Source: Microbotryum violaceum (Eukaryota). Taken from it: a DNA stretch of 64,000 bases. Positions 19,549 to 35,203 of this stretch are shown here, piece after piece. Numbering within the stretch: the first letter of the stretch is position 1; each line of letters starts with the position of its first letter. The stretch lies in NCBI GenBank assembly GCA_001244265.2, contig LN717261.1, positions 1,131,591 to 1,195,590 of the forward strand. The letters are read 5' to 3'. A program made the translations under genes and the position numbers. A model generated the notes under the pieces. The model was not told the DNA's origin, did no database searches, and saw only the letters and a list, made by a program, of their open reading frames with translations.

Positions 19549-22500
19549 TCAGGGAGCACAGATACCGAGTCGACCGCGGTGCCAAGCAAAGAGGTCGCGT
19601 GACAATGCTTTGGTGAAGATGTCCGCTGTCATCTCACCAGTGTTGATGTACTGGACGACAATGTCGCCCATGGAAACCATATCCCGGACGAAGTGTTCGC
19701 GCAGGCGGATGTGCCGAGTCCGAGCATGAAATACCGGATTCTTGGTGAGAGCATTGGCGCCTTGGTTGTTGCCGTAGATGAGGACGGGCTTTGAAGACGA
19801 AAGGCCAAGCTCACCAAAGAGCTGACACAGAAAGATTGCCTCCTTACCAGCGTGTGACAGTGCGAGGTACTCGGCGTCACAAGTGGAGTCAGCAACGCGC
19901 GATTGAAGCCGGGAGGACCATGAGACGGCAGCACCTGCATAGACGAAAGTGTAACCCATGGTCGACTTGGAAGAGAGGACGCATGCACCCCAGTTGCAGT
20001 CGGAGTAGCCCAAGAGCGGTGCCGGATTCCCACGAGCGTAGCGTAAGCCGTGAGAAAGAGTGCCAGCGAGGTAACGGAAGGCGTGTTTGACAGCTCCCCA
20101 AGCAGCAGCGGAAGGCGAGTGAGAGAAGCGAGCCAAGTAACCGACGGTGTAAGCCAGGTCGGGCCGAGTACCAGTGGACGCGTACATAAGGGAACCAATG
20201 GCCTGCAGGTACCGAGTGCGATCCGGGAATGGGGTGGGCTGCAGCTCGACTTCGAGGCGGAGATCGGGCTGCATGGGCATGGCGACGGGATGGGCATCGG
20301 ACATTCCAAATCGGGCAAGGACGTCCTTGAGGTATTGTTCCTGACTCAGAGAGATGGAACCGTCTGGAGAGCGCCGGATCTGGATGCCGAGGACGTATTC
20401 TGCCTCACCGAGCCGTTTGACACCATAGCGCTGCTCAAGACCCTGAAGGGTACGCTCAATCTCAGGGAGAGAGGGGCTGATCATGAGCAGGTCGTCGACA
20501 TAGAGCGCAATGTAGTGGTGCACATCACCCGTTTTCCTGACGTAGACGCAGTGGTCGGATTCGGTGGCGACGTAGCCGAGTGCGCACAAGGCAGAGTCAA
20601 TCTCGTCGTTCCAGAGGCGACCGGCCTGGCGCAAACCATAGAGGGACCGATGCAGTTGGAGGACCTTGCCTGGCATGTAGATGCCATCAGGCACACGAAT
20701 GTACAGGGGTGCGTCGAGTCTGCCGTGCAGGTAGGCTTTGTCAATGTCGGCCTGGTGGACGTGGTACCCATGAGCAGCAGCAAGAGCCAGGAGTGCGCGG
20801 ATGGAGGTGAATTTGGCCACGGGTGCAAAGGTCTCGTCAAAGTCAATGCCAGAGCGTTGGGAGTCACCACGAGCAACGAGACGGCCCTTGTAGGACTTGA
20901 CTTGGCCATGCTGGTCGCGTTTGGTGCGGAAGACAAAGCGGGAGCCCAGGACCTTGGCGTCTGCTGGGACAAGGGACTTGTCAATTGGTGTGAACGCCGA
21001 AAAATCTCGCAAGAGTGAGTCAAACTCGTCGCGGGCCGCAAGACGCCATTCATCCGCTTGAGGAGTGGCCATGGCCGCTCGCCAGTGAGGTGGGTCGCGA
21101 GCGGGGGCAATCAGTTCCGCAGGGTCGGCGGGCGAGGTCTCAATGAGGGCGGCAGCGCCAGAGGCAAGGTAGGCCACGGCAGAGGGTGAGTGGAGTGCGT
21201 CATCCACGTCGTCGGGAAACTCCTGCGCCTGGCATAGCGAAGCAACATCGCGTGGGCGTGGCAGGAGATCGATCGGGTCCGGGGAGTCGGACCGAGCGGG
21301 TGAGGGTGGCGCTGGCAACGCACGGGAGGCCACGGGGCGCGGGGAAGGACAAGGCGTGGAGATGGCCGAGTCAGAGCTACCTTGGTCAGAGGCGCTTGAT
21401 GCAGGTGATTCCGGGTCAGGGAGCTCACGAGCAGGGGAGCCTTGGTCAGGGACAGGGGGTGCGAGCGAGTCCTGGTCAGGGACCTCGCGGGCAGGGGCGG
21501 GACGGTGCAAGCCCTGGTCAGGGCTGCCGGCACGGGTCAAGGTGGCTCAGTGCGAGGCGCGAGTGAGCGAGGGGAAGCAACGAGCGAAGGCTCAAGGGGG
21601 TCTACCTGGTCAGGGTATGCGTCAACAGTTACGGGGAGTGGGATTGGTTCAGCGCGAACGTCGGTGGCTGGCCGGAGTGCAGGGAACTCGGATTCACGGA
21701 AGACAACATTGCGGCTGAGTTGTATCCTGCGCGTGGACGGCTCGAAGAGTCGGAAAGCCTTGGCATGGTGGTCAAAACCAACAAACAGGAGGGGTACAGG
21801 CTTGGGGTCGAGGTCCGTGCGCTTGGCCGAGGGAAGGTGGTGCCAAGCGCGGCAGCCAAAGGCGCGAAGGGTGGAGATGTCAGGCGCAAAGCCATGCCAA
21901 CGAGTGTCGGGGATCTCACCACCAATGCCGGCGTGAGGCATCAGGTTTTTGCAGTGCACGTAGTACAAGGCAGCCTCACCCCAGAGGCGTGAATCAGCGC
22001 CAGAGGAGTAGAGCAGAGCAAGGATGCCCTCCTTGATGGTGCGATTGCTGCGCTCGACACGCCCATTTTGTTGGGGTGTGTAAGGGATGGTGAGTTCCCG
22101 ACGAATGCCTTTACTTGTACAGAAGTCGACAAAGTTGCGCAGAGTGAACTTGCCTCCATTGTCAGAGCGGATGGTCTTCACCTTGTTGCCGGTGGCATTC
22201 TCGACTTCAAGGATCCAGTCGCGAAGGCGAGGGAAGACATCACTTTTGAGTGCCAGGAGGAGACACCAGTGCTTGCGAGAGAAGTCATCAATGATGACCA
22301 GCATGTACCGATGTCCACCAAATGTAGGGCGAGGCATTTGCGCTACATCGACGTGGAGGAGATCCAGACGGCCAGAGGCGATGGACTTGGACCGGGCGAA
22401 GGGGAGGGCATGCGCTTTGGAAGCGAGACAAGCATTGCAGTAAAAATCCCGGAGCTCCTGATCCTTATACACCCAATCCACCCCAGTAACCAAGCCTCTC

Positions 22501-23863
22501 TGCACAATGTTTCTGATTTGCGCAACGGGCAAGTGCGCAAGGCGACGGTGCAGAGTCAGCAAGGACACTTTGGTAGGGATGGCGAGGAGGGCTTTGGGCG
22601 TACAGGGTGTAGGTCCAAGTGCCAAGGCGTACAGGTTGTTCCCGATGGCTTGAGCGGTAGCGACGACGGCACCCGAGGGACGGGCGATGCTTGCACAACG
22701 AGATGCGAAGGAGACGCGGTAGCCAAGTTGATCCAACTGGAAGACGGACAGCAGGTTGCATGGGAGATCCGGTACCAGGAGGACATTGGACACGGTGATG
22801 GGACCCGTTGAAGTCTGGATGCAAATGGTGCCGCAGCCGGTGGAAGGGAGGGAGCCGGCGACGCCTCCAACTCGCGGGCCTGCGACCGTGCGAAGCTCGG
22901 AAAAAAGGCCCCTGTCGTTCGTCATATGGCGATTAGCGCCCGAGTCAAGAAGCCAAGCCGATTTGCGAAATGGCGAAGGTGTTGCGAGGAGACAGGCCAT
23001 GAACGACACAGAGTTGGGTGTGTCCACTGCGGCTGGTGACGCGACTGGCTGGGAGGCCTTCTTCTCGGCGGTGCGACGAGCTCGGTAGGCGGCGGCCCAG
23101 GCGGGTGTCGGGGCATTCCCGAGCCAGTGCAACTTGCGACAAGACGGATTTGGGCACGGCCTTGAACAGCCGTGGCGGGCCTGCGGCGTGGCGACGGCGG
23201 CAACAGGAGTATCGACGGGGCGGGCTTTGACATCGCGGTAAAGGCGCGTGAAGATCTCGGTGGCGGAGGGCATCGCAGTGGAATCGCCCTGGTCAGCAAC
23301 AAAGGTGGTGCGCCAGGCGTCGAAGGACGAAGGAAGGCAAGCAAGCAAGTGCGAGGCAAGAAGGGCGTTCACGGTGACCTGCGAGTCCTGCAGCAGCCGG
23401 GCGTCGTTTTCGAAACTGTCGCGGAATTGCAGGAACAGGTCGGGAGTGACGGGCACAGGGTCAGAGCTGAAGAGGCGTTGGATGACCGGTAGCAGATCGA
23501 CAGCAGAGACGGTGCCGTAGCGTTCGCGAAGTGCCTGCCAGACCTTGGGTGCTGCGAGCGATTCGTCGAGGTAAGGTGACAGGCCCGGGAGGACAGTTTG
23601 CGAATCGACGGAGGCGCAAATGGAGGAGCAGGCGTAGTGGTCCCAGAGAGGGACATACGAAGCAGGCCAAGACTCGAGTGGTACGCCCGTGTTGAGGTAA
23701 CGGACGACGCCGGAGGGCAGGCGTGAACGGATGGCGAGGACCCAGTCTCGGTAGCCGGACGAGTTGCGAAGGCCGCAGAGTGGGTGGGCGGGCGCAAGGG
23801 CGGCGCATCGGGCGTGGGCTCGCGGAGCTTGGCTTCAGGCGTGGAGGCGCCGGCGTCGGACAT
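19549..23863 (-). pseudogene. Family C Gag-Pol polyprotein with a few frameshifts
   Basis: WLLDSGANRHM (PR), LHRRLAH...CNAC and RSDNGG (IN), ALYVDD (RT), YSDCNW (RNase H). Confidence 0.92.
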
Positions 23864-23956
23864 GTTGCGAAGGGTGAAAAAGTAGAGCGAAGGGCGGGCA
23901 CGGAGGTGGCCGCACTGGTAGCTTGGTTGGGCTAATAACCTGTGATGTTGTCACGC

Positions 23957-24166
23957 CTGCTCAAGCGGTGGTAAGTCTCTGATCGAAGGACCAAGGGAGA
24001 CCAGACCAAGAAGTTGCTTGTTACACACCTGCTCAAGCGTGGTAAGTCTCTGATCGAAGGACCAAGGGGGACCAGACCAAGAAGTTGCTTTTTACACACC
24101 TGCTCAAGCACTACAGTAAGTTACCACATCTAGAGGGTGAAAGATGATAGGAAGAGTAGTGCTCAC
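23957..24166 (-). repeat. Three back-to-back intron-like units (67, 71, 72 nt) in LTR-C U5
   Basis: CAG|GTGAGC...CAG|GTGTGT...CAG|GTGTGT...CAG; 210 nt equals the length difference between the two LTRs (505 vs 295). Confidence 0.8.
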
Positions 24167-25661
24167 CTGCTCAAGCGGTGGTAAGTCTCTGATCGAAGGA
24201 CCAAGGGAGACCAGACCAAGAAGTTGCTTGAGCAGGAGAGAAACCAGAGTGGGGCCATTTGGCTGGGCCCAAGTCAGCCCAGCCAAAGTCAGGCGCACGG
24301 ACCTGGCCCAGGTGCAGAGACCAGGCCCAGAGTGGGAGAGCTAAGGTGGTGAAAAGTAGGCCAAAAGTGATCAAAACGAAGAGAGGAGGATGTTGAGGTA
24401 GGTACAAGATACAAGAAGGACATGAAGGAGATATTTGATCTCACAGTTTCCCGGTCAAGGACGGAGTGGGAAATGACAGGACATCGCTGTGCACGAGACC
24501 AAGTCTCTCGGGGGAATGTGACTCCGAGTCGGGAAAAGGAAGACGATGGCCTTTGGAACCAAGGCAAGCATTGCAAACAAACTCTTCTACGTCTTTGTCA
24601 CTGTACCCGGCCCAAACCCGTCCAGCAAACCCGCAGCGATCATCTTCTGTATAGAGGATGGAGCAAGGTGGCCGAGGCAGCGGTGGAGGGTAAGTAGGGG
24701 CACGGTAGACTCAGAGCGTGAGAGGAAGGCAAGCTGCTGACATTTGGTGTGGTCCGCGTCCAGGAGGTAGAGACCGTCGTTAACCCGTGTACCGTGAGCG
24801 ATGGCCTGGCCGTCCTTGGTGATGTCGATGCCATCGCTGGTGAAGGCAAGCCGAACGCGGTCGTGTCACAAAGGCGAGAGACGGAGAGAAGGTTGACGTG
24901 AAGGCCCGGCGCATGCAGAACGCCGCGCAACGTGATTGGGTGTCCGGTGTTGGCAACAAACGGTACATCCCCCATGCCAATGGCCGTGATACCGCCGGCA
25001 ATGCCGCCAATCTTGGTGTGTGCCGTTGGACGATAAGTTGTGAACAGGGAGCGGTCGGCGACCATGTGAGTCGTGGTGCCCGAGTCGACGACGAAGGTGT
25101 CGGTCGGAGATGGTGGCGAGCGAGTAGGCAGGAGGCGAAATAGCCGACATTCGGTTGTTGAGCCGCCGATGAGGGTGTGTTGTCCTGGTTGTCGTCGCCG
25201 GTTCGTTTTTGGTCGCCTCGCGGTTTGCAGTCAAGGGCCCAGTGACCCTTCTTGTGGCAGCGACGGCAGGGGCCGGTGGGGGGGTGTTGAGCGCGTGAGG
25301 TGCAGTCACGAAGGCGGTGACCGGGGGCGCGGCAGGCGGGGCATAGGGATGTGAAGAGTCCACTCTCAGCTCGACAGAGGCGCCTCGATTGTCGCGCGCA
25401 CCCGCTAGCCCGCCCCCTTGCGGTGGAGACTTAGGTGCGCGCGACTGCCTCAGCAAGCAGGCGCCAGCGGACTCGGCGCGCGCCCGCTAGGCCGCCCCTT
25501 GAGGTGGCGACTTAGACGCGCACAGCTGCCTCGGCTCCCCAGCAAGTTCACCCGCGGCTGGGCCTATCCAGTGCGGGCCCCCTTTCTGTTTCTTAGCTTC
25601 CCTCTCACCACTTCTGTTCAACAATCAACCTCTCCTGACAGTAGTGGTGATTGTCTCATAG

Positions 25662-25868
25662 GTATGCTGAAATAGACCACTTCTGTTCAACAATCAACCT
25701 CTCCTGACAGTAGTGGTGATTGTCTCATAGGTATGCTGAAATAGACCACTTCTGTTCAACAATCAACCTCTCCTGACAGTAGTGGTGATTGTCTCATAGG
25801 TATGCTGAAATAGACCACTTCTGCTCAACAATCAACCTCTCCTGACAGTAGTGGTGATTGTCTCATAG
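25662..25868 (+). repeat. Three tandem 69-nt intron-like units at the LTR-A/PBS junction
   Basis: Each reads GTATGCTGAAATAG...CCTGAC...CTCATAG (25662-25730, 25731-25799, 25800-25868). Confidence 0.85.
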
Positions 25869-25896
25869 GTTATTCGCCCATCGACCTACTGCTGGC

Positions 25897-30399
<4,503 letters not shown>

Positions 30400-31822
30400 T
30401 GTGAAGAGTCCACTCTCAGCTCGACAGAGGCGCCTCGATCGTCGCGCGCACCCGCTAGCCCGCCCCCTTGCGGTGGGTACTTAGGCGCGCGCGACTGCCT
30501 CAGCAAGCAGGCGCCAGCGGACTCGGGCGCGCGCCTGCTAGGCCGCCCCTTGAGGTGGCAACTTAGACGCGCGCAGCTGCCTCGGCTCCCCAGCAAGTTC
30601 AACCGCGGCTGGGCCTATCCCAGTGCGGGCCCCCTTTCTGTTTCTTAGCTTCCCTCTCACCACTTCTGTTCAACAATCAACCTCTCCTGACAGTAGTGGT
30701 GATTGTCTCATAAGGGAGGCGGTAGCGAGCATGGCCGAGTGCGAGGTGGAGAGTCCCGCCGAGCGAAGTTGGACGCGAATGCGGTCGTCAGCGTCGTCAG
30801 CTCGGGAAGGTCGCGTTGGTGGCGTTGCTCGTCCGTGAACGTGAGTCGGAAGCTGTTGAGGCACAATGGGACCATGGCAAGCACGTGAGTGGCGAGTACG
30901 TCGTTGAGCAAAGTTTTGGCGTCGCGAATTTCTTGTACGATGGACATGTACTCGCGCAGCCAGTTGTCGTATGCCTCGACGGAGGCAGGCATCTTCCTGA
31001 AATCCCAAAGGCGGCGAACAACTCGAGGGTGCGGGTAGCATCGTCCGGTGCAAAACGAGCCTTGAGAGCGGTGAAGATGCGCGTGCTGAGAGATCGTCAC
31101 TGGGAATGGCGTCGAGCGTGGCCGAGACGTCCGCGGAGTCGATAGAGCCAACGATGAGTTCCCGGGCGGCGTTGTCACGGCGGCAAGCTGATCGGCCGTC
31201 CAAGTAGCAGGAACGATACCTTCGAGGACGTAAGCACGGACTTGATTCGGGAGCGCAAGACGGAGTTGACGCAACCAGTTGGTGAACAATTTGGGACCGT
31301 CGAGGCGAGCGTGTTTGGGAAACACGACTTTGGCTGAGGTAGCGGCGTTGGTCTGCGTGGCGGGGGCGGCCGGAAGTGGGGGCAGCGGTGGCGGAGACTG
31401 CAAGGCCTGCAGGGCAGCGAGCTGTGCCTGTAGAGTTGCAATTTGTGCGGCGATCGAGGATTCAGGGGGGCTGGGAGAATCCTTGGGGGGCGAGGGCGGT
31501 GCGGGAGCGGGAGAGTCGCCCATGGTGCAAAGGGATGTGTGCGGTCGAGTGGCTAAGCTCGAGGAAAAAACGCAAGGCGGCGAGGCTGGTAGCTCGTGGG
31601 CGGATAACCTATTTGATCAACTCTACTACGTCAGCGATGTAGTTCTAGCCAAGAGTGATGAATAGGAAGCTAACAACAAGAGAGCCACGCGCCTCAAGTC
31701 AGTGTGAGAGCCGCGCGCCCCAAGTTTCCCAGGCTCGCTCTGTGCGCCTAGCCCTGGGCCGATGCGCCTGGCTCGCTCCGCGCGCCTAAGTCCTGAGCCG
31801 AGCGGAGAGTGGATTCCTCACA

Positions 31823-32068
31823 CCACCGGCCCCTGCCGTCGCTGCCACAAGAAGGGTCACTGGGCCCTCGACTGCAAACCGCGAGGCGACCAAAAACGAA
31901 CCGGCGACGACAACCAGGACAACACACCCTCATCGGCGGCTCAACAACCAAATGTCGGCTATTTCGCCTCCTGCCTGCTTGCTCGCCGCCATCTCCCGAC
32001 CGACGCCTTCGTCGTCGACTCGGGCGCCACGACTCACATGGTCGCCAACCGCTCCCTGTTCACGACTT
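31823..32068 (+). pseudogene. Family B gag/PR fragment
   Basis: [14 protein letters not shown]...[11 protein letters not shown]. Confidence 0.88.
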
Positions 32069-34295
32069 TGTGATGTTGTCACGCCTGCTCAAGCGGTGGT
32101 AAGTCTCTGATTGAAGGACCAAGGGAGACCAGACCAAGAAGTTGCTTGAGCAGGAGGGAAACCAGAGAGGGGCCAGCTGGCTGGGCCTAAGTGCCCAGCC
32201 AGAGTCAGGCGCACGGACCTGGCCCAGAGTGGGAGAGCTAGAGTGGTGAAAAGTAGGCCAAAAGTGATCAAAACGAAGAGAGGAGGATGTTGAGGTAGGT
32301 ACAAGATACAAGAAGGACATGAAGGAGATATTTGATCTCACACCCCCCTACTTCGAGTATCAGGGAGCACAGATACCAAGTTGACCGCGGTGCCGAGCAA
32401 AGAGGTCGCGTGACAATGCTTTGGTGAAGATGTCCGCTGTCATCTCACCAGTGTTGATGTACTGGACGACAATATCGCCCATGGAAACCATATCCCGCAC
32501 GAACTGTTTGCGCAGGCGGATGTGCCGAGTCCGAGCATGAAATACTGGATTCTTGGTGAGAGCATTGGCACCTTGGTTGTCGAGGTAGATGAGGACGGGC
32601 TTTGAAGACGAAAGGCCAAGCTCGCCAAAGAGCTGACGCAGAAAGATTGCCTCCTTACCAGCGTGTGACAGTGCGAGGTACTCGGCGTCACAAGTGGAGT
32701 CAGCAACGCGCGATTGAAGCCGGGAGGACCATGAGACGGCAGCACCTGCATAGACAAAAGTGTAACCCATGGTCGACTTGGAAGAGAGGACGCATGCACC
32801 CCAGTTGCAGTCGAGTAGCCCAAGAGCGGTGCCGGATCCCCACGAGTGTAGCGTAAGCCGTGAGGAAGAGTGCCAGCGATGTAACGGAAGGCGTGCTTGA
32901 CAGCTCCCCAGGCAGCAGCAGAAGGCGAGTGAGAGAAGCGAGCCAAGTAACCGACGGTGTAAGCCAGGTCGGGCCGAGTACCAGTGGATGCATACATGAG
33001 GGAGCCAATGGCTTGCAGGTACCGAGTGCGATCCGGAAAAGGGGTGGGCTGGAGCTCGACTTCAAGCGGAGATCAGACTGCATGGGAGTCGCGACCGGAT
33101 GGGCGTCGGACATGCCAAATCGAGCAAGGACGTCCTTGAGGTTCTGCTCCTGACTCAGGGAGATGGAGCCGTCTGGAGAACGCCGGATCTGAATGCCGAG
33201 GACGTATTCCGCCTCACCAAGCCATTTGACACCATAGCGCTGCTCAAGACCCTGAAGGGTACGCTCAATCTCAGGGAGAGAGGGGCTGATCATGAGCAGG
33301 TCGTCGACATAGAGCGCAATGTAGTGGTGCACATCACCCGTTTTCCTGACGTAGACGCAGTGGTCGGATTCGGTGGCGACGTAGCCGAGTGCGCACAAGG
33401 CAGAGTCAATCTCGTCGTTCCAGATGCGACCGGCCTGGCGCAAACCATAGAGGGACCGATGCAGTTGGAGGACCTTGCCTGGCATGTAGATGCCATCAGG
33501 CACACGAATGTACAGGGGTGCGTCGAGTCTGCCGTGCAGGTAGGCTTTGTCGATGTCGGCCTGGTGGACGTGGTACCCATGAGCAGCAGCAAGAGCCAGG
33601 AGTGCGCGGATGGAGGTGAATTTGGCCACGGGTGCAAAGGTCTCGTCAAAGTCGATGCCAGAGCGTTGGAGTCACCACGAGCAACGAGACGGCCCTTGTA
33701 GGACTTGACTTGGCCATGCTGGTCGCGTTTGGTGCGGAAGACAAAGCGGGAGCCCAGGACCTTGGCGTCTGCTGGGACAAGGGACTCGTCAATTGGTGTG
33801 AACGCCGAAAAATCTCGCAAGAGTGAGTCAAACTCGTCGCGGGCCGCAAGACGCCATTCATCCGCTTGAGGGTGGCCATGCGCCGCCCGCCAGTGAGGTG
33901 GGTCGCGAGCGGGGGCAATTAGTTCCGCAGGGTCGGTGGGCAAGGTCTCAGAGGGTGCAGCGCCAGAGGCAAGGTAGGCCACGGCAGAGGGTGAGTGGAG
34001 TGCGTCATCCACATCGTCGGGAAACTCCTGCGCCTGGCATAGCAAAGCAAATCGCGTGGGCGTGGCAGGAGATCGATCGGGTCCGGGAGTTGGACCGAGC
34101 GGTGAGGATGGTGCTGCAATACACGGGAGGCCACGGGCGCGGGAAGGACAAGGCGTGGAGATGGCCGAGTTGGAGCTGCCTTGGTCAGAGGCGCTTGATG
34201 CAGGAGATTCCGGGTCAGGGAGCTCACGAGCAGGGGAGCCTTGGCAGGGCAGGGGGTGCGAGCGAGTCCTGGTCAGGGACCTCGCGGCAGGGGAG
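32069..34295 (-). mobile_element. Family C 3' half (short 3' LTR 32069-32342, RNase H, RT, linker)
   Basis: Homologous to 19236-21500. Confidence 0.92.
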
Positions 34296-35203
34296 TGTGA
34301 GGAATCCACTCTCCGCTCGGCTCAGGACTTAGGCGCGCAGAGCGAGCCTGGCGCACCGGCCCAGGACTTAGCGCGCGCTCGCTTGGCGCACCGGCCCAGG
34401 ACTTAGGCGCGCGGACAAGCCAGGCGCATTGGCTCAGGACTTAGGCGCGCGGAGCGAGCCAGGGCACACAGCCCCAGGACTTAGGCGCGCAGGGCAGCCT
34501 GGCCATTGGCTCAGCCCCAAGGTTCGCAGCCTGAGGACGTGAGGCGCGCGGCTCTCTTGTTGTAGCTTCCTATTCATCACTCTTGGCTATAACTACATCG
34601 CTGACGTAGTAGAGTTGATCGAATAGGTTATCAGCCCACGAGCTACCAGCCTCGCGCCTTGCGTTTTTCCTGAGCTTAGCCACTCGACCGCACACATCCC
34701 TTTGCACCATGGGCGACTCTCCGCTCCCGCACCGCCCTCGCCCCCAAGGATTCTCCCAGCCCCCTGAATCCTCGATCGCCGCACAATTGCAACTCTACAG
34801 GCACAGCTCGCTGCCCTCCAGGCCTCGCAGTCTCCCGCCACCGCTGCCCCCGCACTCCGCCGCGCCCGCCACGCAGACCAATGCCGCTACCTCAGCCAAA
34901 GTCGTGTTTCCCAAACACGCTCGCCTCAACGGTCCAAATCGTTCACCAACTGTTGCGTCAACTCCGTCTTGCGCTCCCGAATCAAGTCCGTGCTTATGTC
35001 CTCGAAGGTGTTGTTCCCCCTACTTGGACGCCGATCAGCTTGCCGCCCGTGACGACGCCGCCCGGGAACTCATCGTTGGCTCTATCAACTCCGCGACGTC
35101 TCGCGCCACGCTCGACGCCATTCCCAGTGACGATCTCTCAGCACCGCGCATCTTCACCGCTCTCAAGGCTCGCTTTGCACTGGACGATGCTACCCGCACC
35201 CTC
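34296..35203 (+). mobile_element. Family B 5' end (LTR 34296-34625, PBS GGTTATCAGCCC, gag from 34709)
   Basis: Reverse-complement match to 53506-54287. Confidence 0.9.

Larger units (their letters stand above)
19236..24445 (-). mobile_element. Near full-length family C element (3' LTR 19236-19530, 5' LTR 23941-24445); no TSD
   Basis: PBS GGTTATTAGCCC 23929-23940, PPT from 19531, all copia domains present. Confidence 0.94.

Noticed and set aside
20050..21018. Long antisense and alternative-frame ORFs throughout the window
   Set aside because: Shadow ORFs of GC-rich pol sequence with no recognisable domains.
25609..25868. CRISPR-like repeat-spacer array
   Set aside because: The 'spacers' are identical, the repeat is the LTR end, there are no cas genes and the context is eukaryotic.
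34320..34500. Telomeric repeats (TTAGG)
   Set aside because: Single TTAGGC cores inside LTR repeats, not tandem TTAGGG.
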